Of a DNA stretch of 64,000 nt, positions 1-11,059 are shown piece after piece. Where the stretch lies: contig OZ024741.1 in the NCBI GenBank assembly GCA_964016885.1, positions 138,942,001 to 139,006,000 of the forward strand, in the 5' to 3' direction. Source of the stretch: Eledone cirrhosa (lineage: Eukaryota). A model generated the notes under the pieces. It was not told the DNA's origin. It searched no databases and saw only the letters and a list, made by a program, of their open reading frames with translations. Within the stretch, counting starts at the first letter, position 1. Each line of letters opens with the position of its first letter. Made by a program: the position numbers and the translations under genes.

Positions 1-51
1 CGCGCGCGCACGCACACATACATATGTATATACAGAGAGAGAGAGAGAGAG

Positions 52-112
<61 letters not shown>

Positions 113-149
113 TAGAGAGAAAGAGAGAGAGAGGGGGGGGGGGGAGAGA
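1..149. repeat. (GA)n/(GATA)n compound microsatellite
   Basis: Directly visible simple repeats. Confidence 0.95.
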
Positions 150-286
150 TTACAATGACATCAAAACTAATATCAATAACGACTTATTGTACAGATTTGA
201 ATTATTAAAAAACACTAAACATCAGTTAAGTCATTCTTCTCTGTTTTCAAATTATATATATACATATCTATCTATCTATCTATCTA

Positions 287-341
<55 letters not shown>

Positions 342-937
342 AAAGATATCTCTCTGTATATATATGTGTGTCTGTGTGCGTGTGCACCTGTCACACGACG
401 TTCACGTGAGCGACGAGAAAAGCACGAATGTTCATTATATAAAATTAGCTAATATATTTACTCGAAATTTTATAACGCTGCCTTAGGTGTTAGCGCTACT
501 CACAGAATGCAACATTCTACTGTAATATCTAGGCCCGGGGTGCATTTGTATGTTGTAATAACTTCGCTTTTCATGTGTGAACGAGACTTCTAGATGGGAT
601 GCAATGACAGGCAACGGCAAATGGGCGTTTGCACAACATCGCAGCGCATGTACTGGACTAGAAATCGAATCCACTTTCTCATGAACGTGCGCCCAAGAAT
701 CTAATCACTAGGCTACCCACCTACCTCCATGCTTTCTCACCATACAGTAATGAGAAAACAGCTTATACATTTTGCACAATTATCTCTTTGTTCGGGGCGA
801 TGTTTCTGTATGTTTCTGAGTGTTTGTATATAAGTGTGTACGTGTGTTTATGATCTTGTGGAGAGTCATAGTGATAGCCATTTGAATTACAAGTAGACAT
901 CATTTCTTAGAGCTGAGAGGACAAGAGCAACGTCAAA

Positions 938-1125
938 TAATTGTTTCTACTTCTAGCACAAGGCCAGCAACTACCCAGTACATTACTGGTACTTTATTTT
1001 ATCGACCGTAAGGATGAAAAGCAAAGTTAACCTCGGCGGGATTTGAACTCAGAATGGCAAGGGCCGTAACTCTATGCGTCAAAGCATAGCGTCCGACCCT
1101 CTACCGATACTGTCAATCCACCGTC
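938..1125 (-). mobile_element. tRNA-derived SINE (abundant family in this window)
   Basis: Minus strand has a B-box GAGTTCAAATCCC, a conserved body (GTCGATAAAATAAAGTACCAGT) and 3' end CCTTGTGCTAGAAGTAGAAACAATTATT; at least 8 related copies in the window. Confidence 0.8.
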
Positions 1126-1980
1126 TGTCTTGTTTAAAGACACAATACACCAACGAGAACTAAACACTTGTGTTTATAATCGTGAGTCAAACAATCTAGC
1201 AACTAAGCAAAGCATGTTCATGTGGAGTGGCTAAGTAAGTTACATCACTCTACTTGTTGACTGGTGGATTATTGTATATGTGTCGGAAGGATGGAAGATA
1301 ATGTCGAAAACGATGGGAATTGAACCTGATTGTTAGAACTGATTCAAAGAACGTCTTAAGTTCACTACTCAATAATCAAATGTGACACGGTATTTTGTGA
1401 ACGGAAGAGATATAATCCAGCTGCAATAACAATTACAGTTAAGACTTTATTTGGAAATGATCGGAAATAAAGAGAAATATCGCTGTTATTGTTTACACAG
1501 AAGTCGAACGCTCGTTTGAAAAACAGATTAAAAACGGATTGAAATTTAAATAAACCCTGTTATCTCTTATATCTTCTCAATACAACATCATCAGCTGATG
1601 TAAACACATGATTCTAAATATTGCTAATCGATAAATGATATAGTAATCTACCCATTTCTTATTTGACATTAAAAAGAATAATAATACTCACGGCAAAATA
1701 ATAATAATCTACCATGATAACAATATGTGAGACTAGACAAATTTCTATAATCAAAGTGGGTAGGAACAAGGAAGTTTTAAGACGGATACAGTAAATTTGA
1801 TACCACCTAAAATCAGCGTAAACTCAACATGAAGCACACACATATTTACATATGTTATAAAATAAAACACGATAGGGATTGGAACGAACTACTAATGTTG
1901 ACTAAATGTAACACACATACCTGTCCGCCAATCATGCATTATATCTGAGTCACCAAAATCCCTCGCAATCATTTCTTCAA

Positions 1981-2726
1981 TAATCGTTTCTGATTTTAGG
2001 CACAAGGCAAACAATTTTAGGGAAGGGGCAAGTCGAATGAAGTTCCCCGAGTTCATTAGTGGTACTTTATTTTATCGACCCCGTAAGAATGAAAAGCAAA
2101 GCTAACTCCGACGGGATTGGAATTCAAAACGCAAAGGGCCGTAACTCTAACGAGACTGACACTAATTCATTCTAACATTAGCAGACACATCCATCAATTT
2201 GGAGAAGGAGAAACATGAATAAATCGAACGCAGTACTTGATTAGTTCTTTAACTCAGAATGTAAAGAGAGAAGAAATGCCGCAATGGAATTTTATCCAAC
2301 GCTGGACCAATTCTGCTAAAGCTCTTCCTTATGATTTCTAATTAGGACACAAGGTCAGCAATCTTGGGGGAGTGGAACATCGCTTAAATCGACAACGTAC
2401 TTGACTGCTACTTTATTTCATCGACATCGCAAGCCTGAAAGTTACTGTTGACCTCGGCTTTATTTGAAATCAGAACGTAGACCCACTTAGCATATAGACC
2501 CACAAACTAACAGCTCCACCAATAGTTTCTGATTTAGGCACAAGGCCAATAATTTTGGAAGAGACGAAAGTCGATCAAAAACGCCACCAGTGCGTTACTA
2601 GTGCTTTATTGTATCGACCCAGTAAGGGTGAAAGGTCTCGGTGGGATTTGAACTCAGAATGTAAAGGGCCGTAACTGTATGCCACGAACCAGAATGTCCG
2701 ACATTCTACCGATACTGCAAATACAC
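1981..2726 (-). mobile_element. Cluster of about 4 diverged copies of the same SINE
   Basis: Recurrent CACAAGG..., TACTTTATTTTATCGAC and TGAACTCAGAAT blocks near 1985, 2220, 2335 and 2522. Confidence 0.7.
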
Positions 2727-2749
2727 CTAATAATAATAGTAATAGTAAT

Positions 2750-4112
2750 GTTTTAATTTATTGGCTACAAGGGTCGATATATAGGGAATAATACGATAGA
2801 TGGGGACAGTGGCGGTTTAAGACAAAAATCGAGTAAAAAATAGCAAAACAAGAGCAATTAAACAAGAAAAATAAAATAATGAAAATTTCCCAATAGGGGG
2901 ATTTAGGTACCCAACAAACCCTGAACCAGCGCTTTGAGGGCACTCGGGAAGAGCACCCATCTCCTCCTCCGATTTACCAGCCCGCAGTGGCATAATGAGA
3001 GTAGGCCCACTCACATAGGCCATTCTCACCCCATTCATCCACCTTTCAGCGAATGTACTGAGGAGGGGGGGGGGCACTTCTCTCTCCACCGTCACTTTCC
3101 TTTCCAAATGAAATTTGAAAAAGTTGATGGGGGATTGGCCGAAGAGAAAAGTGACTGTCTTCACTCCTTTCAACGTGGTCCACCATACAACCTCTTTCTG
3201 TACTACCACAAGACAGAGGAATATTATCTGCCCTTCATGGATAAAAGAAGCCGGTGGATTGATCTTCACTAAGGACTCTTCCGATATCCAAATCCGTTCT
3301 ACATGCGACAACAGCTGCTCGACATAACTCCAGAAGTCAGTTATACACGAACACTAGACAAATGCGTGCAGAACAGTTTCGTCGATCTGCGCGCATCTCA
3401 CGCAAGTCGGTCTGGCAGCACTTCCGTGCCTGTAGAGATAATCTTAAACCACCAGCCCCCCCCCCCCCCCGGTAGCACTGGCAAGCGAGGTATTTTTGGA
3501 AGTCCTCCAGAACAGACTGGTTAGTTCAACTTCTCAGCGCTCAGAGCCTCTCCGAGTGCGTCGGTGCATTTGCCTACCACTAATCCTCTATAGAATTTGA
3601 GAGAGGAAGATCCACTAACCGCATTGCCAACCTGTTAGAGGGCAGTGAGTGCCTGGCATTATTCCAGATGCCAGTCACCCAGTCTTGGTCTCTTTTTGGC
3701 TCAGGACTGCAGCTCAGTCAAAGAGACGAGCTGCGGAAAGGCCCGTCTGACGAACGGCGACCACATCTGTTCACCGTTTAAGCAGAATATCTGGAGATGC
3801 CGCAGCCTCAGCGCATCTCTGCGCATCATTAGCCACGATATGCCCAGCCCACGTGGGGGGTGCTGGCAGAAGATGGACCACCTCACCAATGGAACCCGTC
3901 ACCTTCACAAGAATTTGATGAAGCGCCATCCAACTTGGGTAGGAGCCCATCGACCGCTTGCACCTTTTAGACTAAAGGCCCAAACATTCTAGTTTCCCCT
4001 TCACAGGGAAAAGTCCATGGGCTTATTTCCCTTTCACGACAACAACAATTTACAATAAATAATTTATGACAGGTAAATAAGGAGACTTAAGGGAGCGAGC
4101 GAAACGACGTTC

Positions 4113-4113
<1 letters not shown>
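2750..4113 (-). mobile_element. Tx1-clade LINE, internally deleted (short 5' end joined to ~1.2 kb 3' end)
   Basis: ORFs 3701-3889 and 2817-3311 match the ORF2 C-terminus of the neighbouring element (CQHP..GGLG.SWL..RR; KEVVWWT.LKG); 3960-4113 shares short motifs with that element's 5' UTR. Confidence 0.8.

Positions 4114-4179
<66 letters not shown>
4114..4179. repeat. (AAT)22 microsatellite between two Tx1 elements
   Basis: Directly visible. Confidence 0.97.
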
Positions 4180-4180
<1 letters not shown>

Positions 4181-4422
4181 TTTTCTTTATTAACCACAAG
4201 GGTTCACATAAAGTAGACATTAAGGACAGTACAGGACAATACAGGACGGTACAAATGGGCATTTCTGCGTGTAAAAAAACAGAGGTTGAAATAAAATAAC
4301 AAAGAAAAATTTCCCAATAGGGGGGAGACTTCCAAGGGACATTTGTGGAGAAAGCCCATTAAAAGACCACAGTGGCCCTGACCACCAGGGCAAGTGCCCT
4401 CTCCCAGTTTTCCACCTTTAAT

Positions 4423-7400
4423 TTACAGACACATACTCAGAGAAGTCCCATTCATTCGGGCCATACTTGCTTCTCTCACCCATCTTTCAACAAAATGCTG
4501 GGAAGAGAGCACTTCCCTCTCTACCCTGATTTTCCTTTTCAGATGAAATTTGAAAAAGTTAATCAGGGCATCACCGAAGAGGTAAGTGCTCGTCTTTAGC
4601 CCTTTCAAACGTGTCCACCATACTATCTCTTTCGCCATGGCCACCAGACAGATAAAAACTGCCTGCCCTTCCCGGCTAAAGGAAGAGGGCGGGGCAATCC
4701 TCACGATGGACTCAGCTGATAGCTGGATCCGTCCTACACGTGACAGCAGGTGTTCGACATAAACCCACAAGTCAGCAATGCTCGGACACTGGACGAGTGC
4801 GTGCAGGACGGTTTCGTCGCCCTGTGCGCATCTCGGACATGTCCGGCTGACGGCACCTCCATGCCTGTAGAGTTTATCCCGAACTGGCAAGGCTCCTCGG
4901 TAGCACTGCCAGGCCAGAGATTTCTGGAAGTTGTCCATAGGCCCCGGCCCGAAAGTCCTTCCGAAGAAATTGGCTAGTTGATTTTCGTCGACGCCTAGAG
5001 TTTCCCCAAATACGTCGTCGCTCTTCCCCTCCACTAATCCACTATAGAACGCCGAGGTGGAGTTTCCACCGATCACATTGCCCGATTGGTCGAGGGCTGT
5101 GAGCGCCTGAAGACATTCCAGTCTCCAGGCGCTCCCACTCGGTCTTCGCTTGACCCAGGACTGCAGCTCCGTCTAGGAAACGAGCTGGGGAAATACGTGT
5201 CTAGCAAACGGCGACGACACCTGATCACCGTCGAGGAAGAGGTGGAGATGTCGTAGCCTGAGCGCGTGCCTGCGCATCATCAGCCACGGCATGCCCAGCC
5301 CTCCACGTAGCGGGTGTTGACAACAGATGGACCGCCTGACCATCGGAGCGCGTCCCTTCCACAAAAAGTGAAAGAGCAAACGCTCCAGCGCAGTCAGGCG
5401 AGGCTTAGGACAAGGTACGACGGTCAGGCGGTAGCAGATGACAGACGCGATGTACGCGTTAGCCACCTCCGCTCGACCTTTCAGGGATAGCTTCCACTCC
5501 GCCCATTTCTGGGTGAGAGAAGCCACCCTGCTCGTCACCTCGTCCCAGTTTTTGTCCGTCTGGAGGTCCGGACCGAACCAGACACCTAGCAATTTAACCG
5601 GTCCGTCCGTCCAGCGTCCGACGACGCTGTTGGACGGCATGGACCTGCCTCTCCAGGTGCCGAGCTGCAGGCCCACTGACTTTTCCTGGTTGATCATTGC
5701 TCCTGTCACCGCATCGTATTCTCTTAGTATAGTGCCGATCGCCTCGATGTGTTTGGCGTTCGACACCACTACAGTGACATCGTCTGCATATGCTGACACG
5801 GATCTTCCGCATCCTAGTTCGCGCGGGATGCCCCTCAACGTCTCCAGTTTGTGCAGTAATGGCTCGAGAGTCAATACGTACAAGAGGGACGAGAGGGGAC
5901 ATCCTTGGCGGACTGAGCGCATGATGTTGAACGGTTCCGACAGGTGACCGTTCACTCTCACCACAGAGCAGATGTCGCTGTGCATGGCAGCGATCCAGCC
6001 TCTGAAGACGGGCCCAAAGCCAGCCGCCCTCAGGACTGCCGCTAGGTAACGATGGTCGACCCTATCGAAAGCTTTCGACTGAAATAAATTGATCAAGGAC
6101 CCACCCGTGCCAGGTTCCCTAGCTACCCTCTCTACGATGTATCGCATGAGGTGGAGGTTGTCGTGGATGGATCTGTCGGGAATGGCGCATGTCTGCACCT
6201 CTCCCACCAGACCACCAACGACAAGCGCCAACCTCTTTGCTAGCACCTTGGCCAAAATCTTGAACTCTGTGTTTAGCAGAGTTATGGGCCGGAAATTATC
6301 TATGTTATCCCCCTTGTTCGGATCCTTTTTCAGCAGTGCCACCGCTCCTCGGCTCACAGAACTGGGAATTCTCCCGTTCTGTTGCCAGTTGCAGTAGACC
6401 TCCGCCAAGAGGCCTCCGAACAAGTCTGGCATCTGTACGTAAAGTTCATAGGGCAGACCATCCAAACCAGGCGATTTACCCCTTGTGCAGCCAGTCATTG
6501 CCTCCCTTACTTTAGCGGCTGTTATCGGCTTTTCGCAACACTTCGCCTCAGTGGCCGAGAGCCGCGGCAGTCCGTCGAGGTAGACACTAAAGTCCATCCC
6601 TCGACCCGGCCCACCGCTGCCCCCGAACAGCTGAGCGAAGTGTCGCTGAAAAGCTTCACACATTTGCCCGGGATCGAGTAGCATGCGCCCGTCGTGGTCC
6701 ACCAAAGACCGGATCGTGGCTTTGTTGCCACGACGCGCCTCCGCCACTCGGGCCCATTGAACGGCTTTCGTCCCCTCGTGTCTGAGAGCACGCACCCTTG
6801 CTCTGACAACGCAGCCTTCTGGCTTTGCATTGAAGAATTGGTGAAGGGCCAATTTCGCCGCAAGCACGTCGGTCGCAATGCCTTTGCTATGCGCCTGGTC
6901 TAATTTTCTAACTAGTTCTCCCTCTGCTCTATTTTTCTCTATTGCTAAAGCCTTACTAAACCTAATGGATTCTATTCTAATCGCTCTTTTCAGAGCAAAC
7001 CACCACTTGTTGTTGACGATGGCCCCCGTCAACGCCCGCTTAACTAGTTCGCTAACCCGGTCTCTGTAGGCCTTGCGCGCTGGTAAGGACGCATTTAGCT
7101 TCCAGTAGCCGGGTCCTCGTCTTTGAAGCCTATCTAAGTCAAGCACACAGATCACGAATTTGTGGTCCGTGTAGCTGACTATCTTGAATTGTGGACAGCC
7201 TATGCTAGACCTATCTATTTCCCTACAAAATACTCTATCTAGATATGATCTGGATGACCCTATGCGATTTGTCCAAGGCCACATTGGCACATTCGGGAAA
7301 TCCAATCGGTACCTGTCAGACAGTTCAAAACGCCTGAGCAGGTTGGTGAGGCTCTTGCACCCTCCACCCCTATCCGCTAATCCCACACAGTCCCAGCGTG

Positions 7401-7842
7401 CATCTAAGATCCCGTTCCAGTCGCCCACTAACATTAAAGAGCGGAACGTTCCAAGAAAGGTCTCCAGACGCCGGAAGAAATCAGGCCGCCCTGCTCCTGT
7501 CGGGGCATAGACGGCCACTAGCCTGAAAGCTTGCCCGTCTCCGCTGGTCACGTCCAGCAACACCAGCTTACCCTCTGGGTCCAGGAAGATGGCCCGTATG
7601 GCGAGATCCAAACCTCTCCGAAAAAGCACAGCAACTCCTCCCCCCGATCCAGGACGGCTGGGAGATGCGTACACATCGCAGCCGCCGAAGATCGGTGCGA
7701 AGGCCCGTGCTTCGGAGATTCTGGTCTCGCTGATGGCCACTACATCTATGTTTAGTGACCTGAGATCGTTGAGCAGGTGACCCTGCTTCCATGACGACCC
7801 CAAGCCACGCGCATTTATGCTGCTTATTCTGAGTGAGGTCAT
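4423..7842 (-). pseudogene. Tx1 ORF2 (APE endonuclease, reverse transcriptase, zinc finger) with one premature stop
   Basis: SINARGL, ISET, VYAP, GDWN, SYLD, TDH (APE); KSPGLDG, RPITLLN, RQGCPLS, YADD (RT); CPRC...ETVLHALVQC. ORFs 5173-7842 and 4423-5076 are in one frame, split by TAG at 5173-5175. Confidence 0.93.
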
Positions 7843-7877
7843 GTTTAAAATAGAGTGGAAAAGATGGGAAAGACCAC

Positions 7878-9995
7878 TTACCGTACTTTTCGTAGAGGAG
7901 GGATGGTTTTTACATCCCTTTTCACTTGATCGTCTGGTGAAGGGACCGTTGAATCGTCCCTTCGGCTGGTCGTCGGCTCTTCTATGAGAATGTCTGAATA
8001 TATTCTTCGATTGATAGTTACTCCTAGGTCCATGAAATCACCAACTCCGTTGGGGAATTTCGTTTTAATGTTTGTGTATTGTTTCTGTGCTATTTTTAGC
8101 AGTCTTATGTTAGTTGGCGTTTTGATTGGTGCTGGTATTATGTAGTCGTGTTGTGAAATGTCTGTGTGTTCAATTATGTAAGTCATTAGTTTCTTGTTGT
8201 GTGTATTTATTGCCGTGCATTTGTTTTTCTGGGGGTGGGGTGTGGTTCTGCTATGTTCTTGTCGTTGTTGCTGGGTATGTGTGTTTTGTTGTTGTGTTTT
8301 CGATGTTGGTGCTTGTGGTGGTGGTGTTGAAGGTGTTGTTGGCGGTGGGGTTGTCGCCGGTGGTGATGGTGGTGCTAGTGTGGGTGGTGATGGTGTTGGT
8401 GGTGTTGCTGCTGTGGGTCTCTTTGCAGTAGACTTTACCCTTTTCTCATTTCTTTCTTCCCTTTTCAAAGGCGACGATGCGCTGCTTCTGCGTTTGTGCC
8501 TTCTTACGACCTTTTGCCATCCCTCTCCCACCTCACACTCCATGTCTGATTCTGTGACGTCGGGGAGGGGTACCAGCTACACTCTTTCACTTGTTGTTGT
8601 TGGTGATGTTTGCACTGGAGTCTCTATTGCAGCTGCATTTGGTATTGCTGTTGTTGTTGTTAATATTTCCACTGCTGCTGCTGTTTTTGATTTCCGTGGC
8701 GTGGGTATGGGTGCCACAGACCTATCGTTCCTGGTTGCCGCTTGTCCTGTTGCTGGTAGCCGTGGAGCCGGTTTCGGAAGGAGGGGGGGGGTGTTCTCCT
8801 TTCTCAGGGTCTTCTCGTTGCAGAAGGCCCTGAGGTGAGTCTTCGATCCACAGCGAAAGCATTTCGGGCGTTTTCCCTCAAGACTTATGGGCAGTTGAGT
8901 CCCGTTATCGAAGTCTATCACATCCGGGATAGCTTCGATGGACTCCTGGTTGGTTTGGATTAGTATCTCAATGGAGGTGCCGACTCAATCTTCTCTTACT
9001 TTTTTCTGTACTTGCAGTACAGTTGTTTTGTCCTCGATTCCGACGAGGACAGACGCGGCCAGCCAAGAAGGGGCCATTCCGGGGGGGGGGGGGGGGGGGG
9101 CGTGGGTCAGTTTGACCCTCACAATTTTTTGCCCGCAGTAGGAGGGCACCAACACCATTTCCTCGCTCCTTAGGGTCACTACGGATTGGGCCTTTGCCCC
9201 CTGGGGTGTGGAAAAATGTACGTCTACGGTGGCATATTTTTTGCCTCGGGTGATGTGCGTTTTCCGCTGCCACACAGACCCCAAGGCTTTTTGTATTTGA
9301 GCCTCTGTGGCTCTTTCCACCCTACGGGATTTTGTACTTACTGTACGCTACGTGACCGTACAGTGCTGTTCGGTTTCGAAAAATGTTTCCGCTGCCTTGC
9401 AGATTGTTCGGTGTCCAGTCTTTGTCACCATCTTCTTCGCTTCCTCTAATTCCTCATTTGTTATGAGGATTGTTTCCAAGTTGTTCGCAATACCTGCAAA
9501 TGAGATTGGTTTTTATTTGCTGCTGATGTTGTTGTTGTCGTCAGAGCTGCTGTTACTTTTGTTGTTGCTGCAGGAACTACGATTACTGCCTCCGCCGCTG
9601 TTGCTGTGGTTGTTGTTGGTTGTTGCTGCTGCTAATACTGTTGTTGTTTATGCTGCTGGTGATGCTGTTGCGGCTGCTACTGTTGTTTTCATTGTCACTG
9701 TTGTTGTTGTTATTACAGCTGCTACTGCTATTATTCCTGACGTCAGACGAATGAACTGGGTTTTCGTATTTCCCGCACGCCTGTTTCGTCGTTGTCGTCG
9801 TCGTCGTGGAGAAACCTTGCACGCTTTGCACGAGACTTTTCTTTTCTTTCGTCGCTTGCGAAAGAGAAGGGAGGGAGAGAGACACATTTAAAGAAGGGGG
9901 GGAGAGAGACAATCTTCTCTCTGCTGTAGTGATGATTGAGGAAGAAGAAGACGGAATGAGTGGGAGTGACCTATGAAATTTCTTTTTCGTAGCCA
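7878..9995 (-). pseudogene. Tx1 ORF1 (gag-like), frameshifted
   Basis: Fragments 9583-10035, 8985-9320, 8577-8921 (CFRCGSKTHLRAFC = CX2CX4HX4C) and 7878-8543 (WQKV..R, Pro/Thr-rich) lie directly upstream of ORF2. Confidence 0.8.
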
Positions 9996-10234
9996 TGTTG
10001 TTTTTTTTTTTGTTTAAAATAAATATTGGGTACAAAACCCCAATAAGCAGTTATTTAATCCCGAAGGGCCAAATAACGGGCAGAAAGACCCCTCTCACGA
10101 GGAGGAGGGTGTTTTTGTCTACAAGTTCGTTAAAGTTTTAAACAATTTACAATTGTTATAGTGTTCAAAATTTACAATACCTTACAGAGCCGAGCCTCCG
10201 TCAACCATAGCATTCAATAATAATAATAATAATA

Positions 10235-10872
10235 ACCTCCTGCTAGTTGCTGCTAGCACAGTACCGCCACCACCACCACCACCACCACCACTGCCTCATT
10301 ATCACTACCGCCGCTATTCTCTCCCGCTAGCCCCTGCTACATTGTAGAATTCTCACTAAAAGAGGAAGACATCAAAATATATAAATAGACTGAATTGATG
10401 ACCCAGTCAAAATAAAAATAAAAAAAAATAAAAATAAAGTTTTAGTTTTAACAAAATGTTTAATTCCAATATTAAAGAAATATGTCAACACATATACGCG
10501 ACTAATGATAATTTCACTAAAGATAATTTCACCACCAATACCACCACCACTGCCACGATGAAAACTCTGGTCAAGCCGACTCAAATTTCTACTCCGTCTT
10601 CAACACCATCACTACAGTAATACGACCACATCACCACCACCACTGCTTCATTATCGCTACCGCCGCTATTCTCTCGCACTACCTCCTGCTAGTTGCCGCT
10701 AGCACAGCACCGTCACCACCACCACCACCACTGCCTCCTAATCACTACCGCCGCTATTCTCTCCCGCTAGCCACTGCTTCATTGTAGAATTCTCACTAAA
10801 AGAGGAAGGCATCAAAATATATAAATAGACTGAATTGATGACCCGGTCAAAATAAAAAAAAAACAAAAATAA
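10235..10872. repeat. Direct duplication of ~200 bp with (CCA)n tracts
   Basis: 10235-10435 matches 10681-10872; a sub-block recurs at about 10632-10680. Confidence 0.85.
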
Positions 10873-11059
10873 AAATCAAAGCAGCACAGCAACAACGAAA
10901 AACGTAAAGGAAATAAAAATGAAGAGAAAAACAAACGGACGGACAGAGAAGGGAAGGGAAAAACTAAGTCAGACATTCAAACACTACATTACAATGAAAT
11001 TGATGCTTATTCATTTTTGGGGTTTTTCTGCCTATTTGTTTGTTTGTTTATTTGGGTTC

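Larger units (their letters stand above)
4180..10215 (-). mobile_element. Full-length (~6.0 kb) Tx1-clade (L1 group) non-LTR retrotransposon
   Basis: 5' UTR, ORF1 with a zinc knuckle, ORF2 with APE + RT + C-terminal Cys/His motif, AATAAA at the 3' end, (AAT)n on both sides. Confidence 0.92.

Noticed and set aside
938-1125. True tRNA genes at B-box sites
   Set aside because: No cloverleaf; always fused to the SINE body
5438-7780. Plus-strand ORFs over Tx1 ORF2, and similar antisense ORFs over the R4, LTR and third Tx1 elements
   Set aside because: Antisense shadows of GC-richer coding DNA with no motifs
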